In this document: piece after piece, positions 1-10,651 of the stretch | How the letters are laid out: every line of letters starts with the position of its first letter | Position numbering within the stretch: position 1 is the stretch's first letter | Program-made: the position numbers and the translations under genes | Assembly: GCA_964016885.1 (NCBI GenBank) | Contig: OZ024741.1 | Location: 244,404,001-244,468,000, forward strand | Source: Eledone cirrhosa | Lineage: Eukaryota | Reading direction: 5' to 3' | DNA length: 64,000 nucleotides | The notes under the pieces: model-generated | What the model was told of the DNA's origin: nothing | The model's database searches: none | Seen by the model: the letters and a program-made list of their open reading frames with translations, nothing else

Positions 1-110
1 TCGAAAATGTAACTCCGCCGGCAAATCCGCATTTTTGTGATTCGTTTCTTCGAAGCACACCATTCGCCGCCGGACTTCAGCTTCCACATTTGGCATGTGC
101 AGCTTTTCTT

Positions 111-306
111 GAAAATCACACCACACACAGCCAATCTGTGTCTGCACATGTACCAGTAATTACAGATCGATCCGACCAAGGGCGGCCGGCCCACGATCGA
201 AAAGGTAACTCCGCCGGCAAATCCGCATTTTTGTGATTCGTTTCTTCGAAGCACACCATTCGCTGGTGGACTTCAGCTTCCTCATTTAGCATGGGCAGCT
301 TTTCTT
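111..306. repeat. First complete 196-bp monomer (type B; phase chosen arbitrarily at GAAAATCACA)
   Basis: 111-306 is followed directly by the same sequence starting at 307. Type B markers acacagccaatctg and ccaaggg are present. Confidence 0.97.
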
Positions 307-3300
307 GAAAATCACACCACACTCAGCAAATGTGTGTCTGCACATGTACCAGTAATTACAGATCGATCCGACCACGGGCGGTCAGCCCACGATCGAAAAG
401 GTAACTCCGCCGGCAAATCCGCATTTTTGTGATTCGTTTCTTCGAAGCACACCATTCGCCGCCGGACTTCAGCTTCCACATTTAGCATGGGCAGCTTTTC
501 TTGAAAATCACACCACACTCAGCAAATGTGTGTCAGCACATGTACCAGTAATTACAGATCGATCGGACCACGGGCGGCCGGCTCACGATCGAAAAGGTAA
601 CTCCGCCGGCAAATCCGCATTTTTGTGATTCGTTTCTTCGAAGCACACCATTCGTCGCCGGACTTCAGCTTCCTCATTTAGCATGGGCAGCTTTTCTTGA
701 AAATCACACCACACTCAGCAAATGTGTGTCTGCACATGTACCAGTAATTACAGATCGATCCGACCGCGGGCGGCCTGCCCACGATCGAAAAGGTAACTCC
801 GCAGGCAAATTCGCATTTTTGTGATTCGTTTCTTCGAAGCACACCATTCGCTGGTGGACTTCAGCTTCGTCATTTAGCTTGGGCAGCTTTTCTTGAAAAT
901 CACACCACACTCAGAAAATGTGTGTCTGCACATGTACCAGTAATTACAGATCGATCCGCCCACGGGTAGCCGGCCCACGATAGAAAATGTAACTCCGCCG
1001 GCAAATCCGCATTTTTGTGATTCGTTTCTTCGAAGCACACCATTCGCTGGTGGACTTCAGCTTCCTCATTTAGCATGGGCAGCTTTTCTTGAAAATCACA
1101 CCACACTCAGCAAATGTGTGTCTGCACATGTACCAGTAATTACAGATCGATCGGACCACGGGCGGCCGGCTCACGATCGAAAAGGTAACTCCGCCGGCAA
1201 ATCCGCATTTTTGTGATTCGTTTCTTCGAAGCTCACCATTCGCCGCCGGACTTCAGCTTCCTCATTTAGCATGGGCAGCTTTTCTCGAAAATCACAACAC
1301 ACTCAGCAAATGTGTGTCTGCACATGTACCAGTAATTACAGATCGATCCGACCTGGGGCGGCCGGCCCACGATCGAAAAGGTAACTCCGGCGGCAAATTC
1401 GCATTTTTGTGATTCGTTTCTTTGAAGCACACCATTCGCTGGTGGACTTCAGCTTCCTCATTTAGCATGGGCAGCTTTTCTTGAAAATCACACCACACAC
1501 AGCCAATGAGTGTCTGCACATGTACCAGTAATTACAGATCGATACGACCACGGGCGGCCTGCCCACGCTCGAAAAGGTAACTCCGCAGGCAAATTCGCAT
1601 TTTTGTGATTCGTTTCTTCGAAGCTCACCATTCGCTGGTGGACTTCAGCTTCGTCATTTAGCATGGGCAGCTTTTCTTGAAAATCACACCACACTCAGAA
1701 AATGTGTGTCTGCACATGTACCAGTAATTACAGATCGATCCGCCCACGGGTAGCCGGCTCACGATCGAAAATGTAACTCCGCCGGCAAATCCGCATTTTT
1801 GTGATTCGTTTCTTCGAAGCACACCATTCGCCGCCGGACTTCAGCTTCCACATTTAGCATGGGCAGCTTTTCTTGAAAATCACACCACACTCAGCAAATG
1901 TGTGTCTGCACATGTACCAGTAATTACAGATCGATCCGACCACGGGCGGCCTGCCCACGATCGAAGAGGTAACTCCGCAGGCAAATTCGCATTTTTGTGA
2001 TTCGTTTCTTCGAAGCACACCATTCGCTGGTGGACTTCAGCTTCCTCATTTAGCATGGGCAGCTTTTCTTGAAAATCACACCACACTCAGCAAATGTGTG
2101 TCTGCACATGTACCAGTAATTACAGATCGATCGGACCACGGGCGGCCGGCTCACGATCGAAAAGGTAACTCCGCCGGCAAATCCGCATTTTTGTGATTCG
2201 TTTCTTCGAAGCTCACCATTCGCCGCCGGACTTCAGCTTCCTCATTTAGCATGGGCAGCTTTTCTCGAAAATCACAACACACTCAGCAAATGTGTGTCTG
2301 CACATGTACCAGTAATTACAGATCGATCCGACCTGGGGCGGCCGGCCCACGATCGAAAAGGTAACTCCGGCGGCAAATTCGCATTTTTGTGATTCGTTTC
2401 TTTGAAGCACACCATTCGCTGGTGGACTTCAGCTTCCTCATTTAGCATGGGTAGCTTTTCTTGAAAATCACACCACACACAGCCAATGAGTGTCTGCACA
2501 TGTACCAGTAATTACAGATCGATACGACCACGGACGGCCTGCCCACGATCGAAAAGGTAACTCCGCAGGCAAATTCGCATTTTTGTGATTCGTTTCTTCG
2601 AAGCACACCATTCGCTGGTGGACTTCAGCTTCGTCATTTAGCATGGGCAGCTTTTCTTGAAAATCACACCACACTCAGCAAATGTGTGTCTGCACATGTA
2701 CCAGTAATTACAGATCGATCCGCCCACGGGTAGCCGGCCCACGATCGAAAATGTAACTCCGCCGGCAAATCCGCATTTTTGTGATTCGTTTCTTCGAAGC
2801 ACACCATTCGCCGCCGGACTTCAGCTTCCACATTTAGCATGGGCAGCTTTTCTTGAAAATCACACCACACTCAGCAAATGTGTGTCTGCACATGTACCAG
2901 TAATTACAGATCGATCCGCCCACGGGTGGCCGGCCCACGATCGAAAATGTAACTCCGCCGGCAAATCCGCATTTTTGTGATTCGTTTCTTCGAAGCACAC
3001 CATTCGCCGCCGGACTTCAGCTTCCACATTTGGCATGTGCAGCTTTTCTTGAAAATCACACCACACACAGCCAATCTGTGTCTGCACATGTACCAGTAAT
3101 TACAGATCGATCCGACCAAGGGCGGCCGGCCCACGATCGAAAAGGTAACTCCGCCGGCAAATCCGCATTTTTGTGATTCGTTTCTTCGAAGCACACCATT
3201 CGCTGGTGGACTTCAGCTTCCTCATTTAGCATGGGCAGCTTTTCTTGAAAATCACACCACACTCAGCAAATGTGTGTCTGCACATGTACCAGTAATTACA

Positions 3301-4618
3301 GATCGATCGGACCACGGGCGGCCGGCTCACGATCGAAAAGGTAACTCCGCCGGCAAATCCGCATTTTTGTGATTCGTTTCTTCGAAGCTCACCATTCGCC
3401 GCCGGACTTCAGCTTCCTCATTTAGCATGGGCAGCTTTTCTCGAAAATCACAACACACTCAGCAAATGTGTGTCTGCACATGTACCAGTAATTACAGATC
3501 GATCCGACCTGGGGCGGCCGGCCCACGATCGAAAAGGTAACTCCGGCGGCAAATTCGCATTTTTGTGATTCGTTTCTTTGAAGCACACCATTCGCTGGTG
3601 GACTTCAGCTTCCTCATTTAGCATGGGCAGCTTTTCTTGAAAATCACACCACACACAGCCAATGAGTGTCTGCACATGTACCAGTAATTACAGATCGATA
3701 CGACCACGGACGGCCTGCCCACGATCGAAAAGGTAACTCCGCAGGCAAATTCGCATTTTTGTGATTCGTTTCTTCGAAGCACACCATTCGCTGGTGGACT
3801 TCAGCTTCGTCATTTAGCATGGGCAGCTTTTCTTGAAAATCACACCACACTCAGCAAATGTGTGTCTGCACATGTACCAGTAATTACAGATCGATCCGCC
3901 CACGGGTAGCCGGCCCACGATCGAAAATGTAACTCCGCCGGCAAATCCGCATTTTTGTGATTCGTTTCTTCGAAGCACACCATTCGCCGCCGGACTTCAG
4001 CTTCCACATTTAGCATGGGCAGCTTTTCTTGAAAATCACACCACACTCAGCAAATGTGTGTCTGCACATGCACCAGTAATTACAGATCGATCCGCCCACG
4101 GGTGGCCGGCCCACGATCGAAAATGTAACTCCGCCGGCAAATCCGCATTTTTGTGATTCGTTTCTTCGAAGCACACCATTCGCCGCCGGACTTCAGCTTC
4201 CACATTTGGCATGTGCAGCTTTTCTTGAAAATCACACCACACACAGCCAATCGGTGTCTGCACATGTACCAGTAATTACAGATCGATCCGACCAAGGGCG
4301 GCCGGCCCACGATCGAAAAGGTAACTCCGCCGGCAAATCCGCATTTTTGTGATTCGTTTCTTCGAAGCACACCATTCGCCGCCGGACTTCAGCTTCCACA
4401 TTTGACATGGGCAGCTTTTCTTGAAAATCACACCACACTCAGCAAATCTGTGTCTGCACATGTACCTGTAATTACAGATCGATCCGACCATGGGCGGTCA
4501 GCCCACGATCGAAAAGGTAACTCCGCCGGCAAATCCGCATTTTTGTGATTCGTTTCTTCGAAGCACACCATTCGCCGCCGGACTTCAGCTTCCACATTTA
4601 GCATGGGCAGCTTTTCTT

Positions 4619-6578
4619 GAAAATCACACCACACTCAGCAAATGTGTGTCTGCACATGTACCAGTAATTACAGATCGATCCGCCCACGGGTGGCCGGCCC
4701 ACGATCGAAAATGTAACTCCGCCGGCAAATCCGCATTTTTGTGATTCGTTTCTTCGAAGCACACCATTCGCCGCCGGACTTCAGCTTCCACATTTGGCAT
4801 GTGCAGCTTTTCTTGAAAATCACACCACACACAGCCAATCTGTGTCTGCACATGTACCAGTAATTACAGATCGATCCGACCAAGGGCGGCCGGCCCACGA
4901 TCGAAAAGGTAACTCCGCCGGCAAATCCGCATTTTTGTGATTCGTTTCTTCGAAGCACACCATTCGCTGGTGGACTTCAGCTTCCTCATTTAGCATGGGC
5001 AGCTTTTCTTGAAAATCACACCACACTCAGCAAATGTGTGTCTGCACATGTACCAGTAATTACAGATCGATCCGACCACGGGCGGTCAGCCCACGATCGA
5101 AAAGGTAACTCCGCCGGCAAATCCGCATTTTTGTGATTCGTTTCTTCGAAGCACACCATTCGCCGCCGGACTTCAGCTTCCACATTTAGCATGGGCAGCT
5201 TTTCTTGAAAATCACACCACACTCAGCAAATGTGTGTCAGCACATGTACCAGTAATTACAGATCGATCGGACCACGGGCGGCCGGCTCACGATCGAAAAG
5301 GTAACTCCGCCGGCAAATCCGCATTTTTGTGATTCGTTTCTTCGAAGCACACCATTCGCCGCCGGACTTCAGCTTCCTCATTTAGCATGGGCAGCTTTTC
5401 TTGAAAATCACACCACACTCAGCAAATGTGTGTCTGCACATGTACCAGTAATTACAGATCGATCCGACCGCGGGCGGCCTGCCCACGATCGAAAAGGTAA
5501 CTCCGCAGGCAAATTCGCATTTTTGTGATTCGTTTCTTCGAAGCACACCATTCGCTGGTGGACTTCAGCTTCGTCATTTAGCTTGGGCAGCTTTTCTTGA
5601 AAATCACACCACACTCAGAAAATGTGTGTCTGCACATGTACCAGTAATTACAGATCGATCCGCCCACGGGTAGCCGGCCCACGATAGAAAATGTAACTCC
5701 GCCGGCAAATCCGCATTTTTGTGATTCGTTTCTTCGAAGCACACCATTCGCTGGTGGACTTCAGCTTCCTCATTTAGCATGGGCAGCTTTTCTTGAAAAT
5801 CACACCACACTCAGCAAATGTGTGTCTGCACATGTACCAGTAATTACAGATCGATCGGACCACGGGCGGCCGGCTCACGATCGAAAAGGTAACTCCGCCG
5901 GCAAATCCGCATTTTTGTGATTCGTTTCTTCGAAGCTCACCATTCGCCGCCGGACTTCAGCTTCCTCATTTAGCATGGGCAGCTTTTCTCGAAAATCACA
6001 ACACACTCAGCAAATGTGTGTCTGCACATGTACCAGTAATTACAGATCGATCCGACCTGGGGCGGCCGGCCCACGATCGAAAAGGTAACTCCGGCGGCAA
6101 ATTCGCATTTTTGTGATTCGTTTCTTTGAAGCACACCATTCGCTGGTGGACTTCAGCTTCCTCATTTAGCATGGGCAGCTTTTCTTGAAAATCACACCAC
6201 ACACAGCCAATGAGTGTCTGCACATGTACCAGTAATTACAGATCGATACGACCACGGGCGGCCTGCCCACGCTCGAAAAGGTAACTCCGCAGGCAAATTC
6301 GCATTTTTGTGATTCGTTTCTTCGAAGCTCACCATTCGCTGGTGGACTTCAGCTTCGTCATTTAGCATGGGCAGCTTTTCTTGAAAATCACACCACACTC
6401 AGCAAATGTGTGTCTGCACATGTACCAGTAATTACAGATCGATCCGCCCACGGGTAGCCGGCCCACGATCGAAAATGTAACTCCGCCGGCAAATCCGCAT
6501 TTTTGTGATTCGTTTCTTCGAAGCACACCATTCGCCGCCGGACTTCAGCTTCCACATTTAGCATGGGCAGCTTTTCTT
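4619..6578. repeat. Representative higher-order unit, 10 monomers in the order A-B-C-D-E-F-H-I-J-F
   Basis: Types read from linked variants. A: gggtggcc + ttggcatgtgc. B: ccaatctg + ccaaggg. C: ggtcagccc. D: tcggacc + ggctcac. E: ccgcggg + cctgccc + gcagg. F: gggtagcc. G: gaagagg. H: D-like + gctcacc + ctcgaaaa. I: caacac + acctgggg + tttgaag. J: ccaatgag + atacgac. Sub-orders of this run recur through the whole window. Confidence 0.8.
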
Positions 6579-7048
6579 GAAAATCACACCACACTCAGCA
6601 AATGTGTGTCTGCACATGTACCAGTAATTACAGATCGATCCGCCCACGGGTGGCCGGCCCACGATCGAAAATGTAACTCCGCCGGCAAATCCGCATTTTT
6701 GTGATTCGTTTCTTCGAAGCACACCATTCGCCGCCGGACTTCAGCTTCCACATTTGGCATGTGCAGCTTTTCTTGAAAATCACACCACACACAGCCAATC
6801 TGTGTCTGCACATGTACCAGTAATTACAGATCGATCCGACCAAGGGCGGCCGGCCCACGATCGAAAAGGTAACTCCGCCGGCAAATCCGCATTTTTGTGA
6901 TTCGTTTCTTCGAAGCACACCATTCGCTGGTGGACTTCAGCTTCCTCATTTAGCATGGGCAGCTTTTCTTGAAAATCACACCACACTCAGCAAATGTGTG
7001 TCTGCACATGTACCAGTAATTACAGATCGATCCGACCACGGGCGGTCA

Positions 7049-10000
7049 GCCCACGATCGAAAAGGTAACTCCGCCGGCAAATCCGCATTTTTGTGATTCG
7101 TTTCTTCGAAGCACACCATTCGCCGCCGGACTTCAGCTTCCACATTTAGCATGGGCAGCTTTTCTTGAAAATCACACCACACTCAGCAAATGTGTGTCTG
7201 CACATGTACCAGTAATTACAGATCGATCGGACCACGGGCGGCCGGCTCACGATCGAAAAGGTAACTCCGCCGGCAAATCCGCATTTTTGTGATTCGTTTC
7301 TTCGAAGCACACCATTCGCCGCCGGACTTCAGCTTCCTCATTTAGCATGGGCAGCTTTTCTTGAAAATCACACCACACTCAGCAAATGTGTGTCTGCACA
7401 TGTACCAGTAATTACAGATCGATCCGACCGCGGGCGGCCTGCCCACGATCGAAAAGGTAACTCCGCAGGCAAATTCGCATTTTTGTGATTCGTTTCTTCG
7501 AAGCACACCATTCGCCGCCGGACTTCAGCTTCCACATTTAGCATGGGCAGCTTTTCTTGAAAATCACACCACACTCAGCAAATGTGTGTCTGCACATGTA
7601 CCAGTAATTACAGATCGATCCGCCCACGGGTGGCCGGCCCACGATCGAAAATGTAACTCCGCCGGCAAATCCGCATTTTTGTGATTCGTTTCTTCGAAGC
7701 ACACCATTCGCCGCCGGACTTCAGCTTCCACATTTGGCATGTGCAGCTTTTCTTGAAAATCACACCACACACAGCCAATCTGTGTCTGCACATGTACCAG
7801 TAATTACAGATCGATCCGACCAAGGGCGGCCGGCCCACGATCGAAAAGGTAACTCCGCCGGCAAATCCGCATTTTTGTGATTCGTTTCTTCGAAGCACAC
7901 CATTCGCCGCCGGACTTCAGCTTCCTCATTTAGCATGGGCAGCTTTTCTTGAAAATCACACCACACTCAGCAAATGTGTGTCTGCACATGTACCAGTAAT
8001 TACAGATCGATCCGACCGCGGGCGGCCTGCCCACGATCGAAAAGGTAACTCCGCAGGCAAATTCGCATTTTTGTGATTCGTTTCTTCGAAGCACACCATT
8101 CGCTGGTGGACTTCAGCTTCGTCATTTAGCATGGGCAGCTTTTCTTGAAAATCACACCACACTCAGAAAATGTGTGTCTGCACAGGTACCAGTAATTACA
8201 GATCGATCCGCCCACGGGTAGCCGGCCCACGATCGAAAATGTAACTCCGCCGGCAAATCCGCATTTTTGTGATTCGTTTCTTCGAAGCACACCATTCGCT
8301 GGTGGACTTCAGCTTCGTCATTTAGCATGGGCAGCTTTTCTTGAAAATCACACCACACTCAGCAAATGTGTGTCTGCACATGTACCAGTAATTACAGATC
8401 GATCCGCCCACGGGTAGCCGGCCCACGATCGAAAATGTAACTCCGCCGGCAAATCCGCATTTTTGTGATTCGTTTCTTCGAAGCACACCATTCGCCGCCG
8501 GACTTCAGCTTCCACATTTAGCATGGGCAGCTTTTCTTGAAAATCACACCACACTCAGCAAATGTGTGTCTGCACATGTACCAGTAATTACAGATCGATC
8601 CGCCCACGGGTGGCCGGCCCACGATCGAAAATGTAACTCCGCCGGCAAATCCGCATTTTTGTGATTCGTTTCTTCGAAGCACACCATTCGCCGCCGGACT
8701 TCAGCTTCCACATTTGGCATGTGCAGCTTTTCTTGAAAATCACACCACACACAGCCAATCTGTGTCTGCACATGTACCAGTAATTACAGATCGATCCGAC
8801 CAAGGGCGGCCGGCCCACGATCGAAAAGGTAACTCCGCCGGCAAATCCGCATTTTTGTGATTCGTTTCTTCGAAGCACACCATTCGCCGCCGGACTTCAG
8901 CTTCCACATTTAGCATGGGCAGCTTTTCTTGAAAATCACACCACACTCAGCAAATGTGTGTCTGCACATGTACCAGTAATTACAGATCGATCGGACCACG
9001 GGCGGCCGGCTCACGATCGAAAAGGTAACTCCGCCGGCAAATCCGCATTTTTGTGATTCGTTTCTTCGAAGCACACCATTCGCCGCCGGACTTCAGCTTC
9101 CTCATTTAGCATGGGCAGCTTTTCTTGAAAATCACACCACACTCAGCAAATGTGTGTCTGCACATGTACCAGTAATTACAGATCGATCCGACCGCGGGCG
9201 GCCTGCCCACGATCGAAAAGGTAACTCCGCAGGCAAATTCGCATTTTTGTGATTCGTTTCTTCGAAGCACACCATTCGCCGCCGGACTTCAGCTTCCACA
9301 TTTAGCATGGGCAGCTTTTCTTGAAAATCACACCACACTCAGCAAATGTGTGTCTGCACATGTACCAGTAATTACAGATCGATCCGCCCACGGGTGGCCG
9401 GCCCACGATCGAAAATGTAACTCCGCCGGCAAATCCGCATTTTTGTGATTCGTTTCTTCGAAGCACACCATTCGCCGCCGGACTTCAGCTTCCACATTTG
9501 GCATGTGCAGCTTTTCTTGAAAATCACACCACACACAGCCAATCTGTGTCTGCACATGTACCAGTAATTACAGATCGATCCGACCAAGGGCGGCCGGCCC
9601 ACGATCGAAAAGGTAACTCCGCCGGCAAATCCGCATTTTTGTGATTCGTTTCTTCGAAGCACACCATTCGCCGCCGGACTTCAGCTTCCTCATTTAGCAT
9701 GGGCAGCTTTTCTTGAAAATCACACCACACTCAGCAAATGTGTGTCTGCACATGTACCAGTAATTACAGATCGATCCGACCGCGGGCGGCCTGCCCACGA
9801 TCGAAAAGGTAACTCCGCAGGCAAATTCGCATTTTTGTGATTCGTTTCTTCGAAGCACACCATTCGCTGGTGGACTTCAGCTTCGTCATTTAGCATGGGC
9901 AGCTTTTCTTGAAAATCACACCACACTCAGAAAATGTGTGTCTGCACAGGTACCAGTAATTACAGATCGATCCGCCCACGGGTAGCCGGCCCACGATCGA

Positions 10001-10651
10001 AAATGTAACTCCGCCGGCAAATCCGCATTTTTGTGATTCGTTTCTTCGAAGCACACCATTCGCTGGTGGACTTCAGCTTCGTCATTTAGCATGGGCAGCT
10101 TTTCTTGAAAATCACACCACACTCAGCAAATGTGTGTCTGCACATGTACCAGTAATTACAGATCGATCCGCCCACGGGTAGCCGGCCCACGATCGAAAAT
10201 GTAACTCCGCCGGCAAATCCGCATTTTTGTGATTCGTTTCTTCGAAGCACACCATTCGCCGCCGGACTTCAGCTTCCACATTTAGCATGGGCAGCTTTTC
10301 TTGAAAATCACACCACACTCAGCAAATGTGTGTCTGCACATGTACCAGTAATTACAGATCGATCCGCCCACGGGTGGCCGGCCCACGATCGAAAATGTAA
10401 CTCCGCCGGCAAATCCGCATTTTTGTGATTCGTTTCTTCGAAGCACACCATTCGCCGCCGGACTTCAGCTTCCACATTTGGCATGTGCAGCTTTTCTTGA
10501 AAATCACACCACACACAGCCAATCTGTGTCTGCACATGTACCAGTAATTACAGATCGATCCGACCAAGGGCGGCCGGCCCACGATCGAAAAGGTAACTCC
10601 GCCGGCAAATCCGCATTTTTGTGATTCGTTTCTTCGAAGCACACCATTCGC
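7049..10651. repeat. Tandem duplication of 9 monomers (period 1764 bp): 7049-8887 matches 8813-10651
   Basis: The order D-E-A-B-E-F-F-A-B occurs twice. Both copies share the rare variant cacaGgtacc (8185 and 9949). The junction monomer 8735-8930 has a B front and a C-like end. Confidence 0.88.

Noticed and set aside
236-275. CENP-B box-like TTCG motifs (attcgtttcttcgaagc, attcgctggtggacttc)
   Set aside because: The required pattern TTCG-N4-A-N2-CGGG is not met, because the CGGG part is absent.
111-306. tRNA, 5S rRNA or SINE-derived monomer; internal 2x98-bp subrepeat
   Set aside because: I found no Pol III B box (GTTCRANNC), cloverleaf or 5S similarity on either strand. Short internal echoes (cacacca, gcaaat, ccgccgg, gatcga) occur at inconsistent spacings and do not define a subunit.
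232-316. TGTGA and TCACA half-sites resembling a bacterial CRP site
   Set aside because: The half-sites are ~75 bp apart rather than 6 bp, and the context is not a bacterial promoter.
401-495. Self-cleaving ribozyme in the monomer (twister-like TAACTCCGCC and GCCGG-N5-AGC on +; hammerhead-like CTGAAGT or ATGACGA...GAAG on -)
   Set aside because: Ribozyme-bearing satellites exist (newt satellite 2, schistosome Sm-alpha), so I looked. The twister P2/P4 partners and 3' GGAGGG-like segment are missing, and there is no intact CUGANGA...GAAA core with flanking stems. An Infernal search on a dimer would be the definitive test.
1748-1765. gtagccggctca in F* monomers resembles the dinoflagellate spliced leader (CCGTAGCCATTTTGGCTCAAG)
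   Set aside because: The central ATTTT and the terminal AG are absent, and the match arises only in a minority recombinant variant, so it is likely coincidence.
2915-2945. Trypanosoma cruzi 195-bp satellite (similar length; gcccacgggtg resembles GCCCACACGGGTG of the TCZ1 primer region as I recall it)
   Set aside because: Only a short patch resembles it. The rest of the monomer does not match my recollection of that satellite, and the unit is 196 bp. A BLAST search would settle it.
4490-4744. The only + strand ORF (84 aa)
   Set aside because: It is created by chance: a private C>T at 4491 gives an ATG and the A-type ttggc variant context lacks a stop in that frame. It is repeat-derived.
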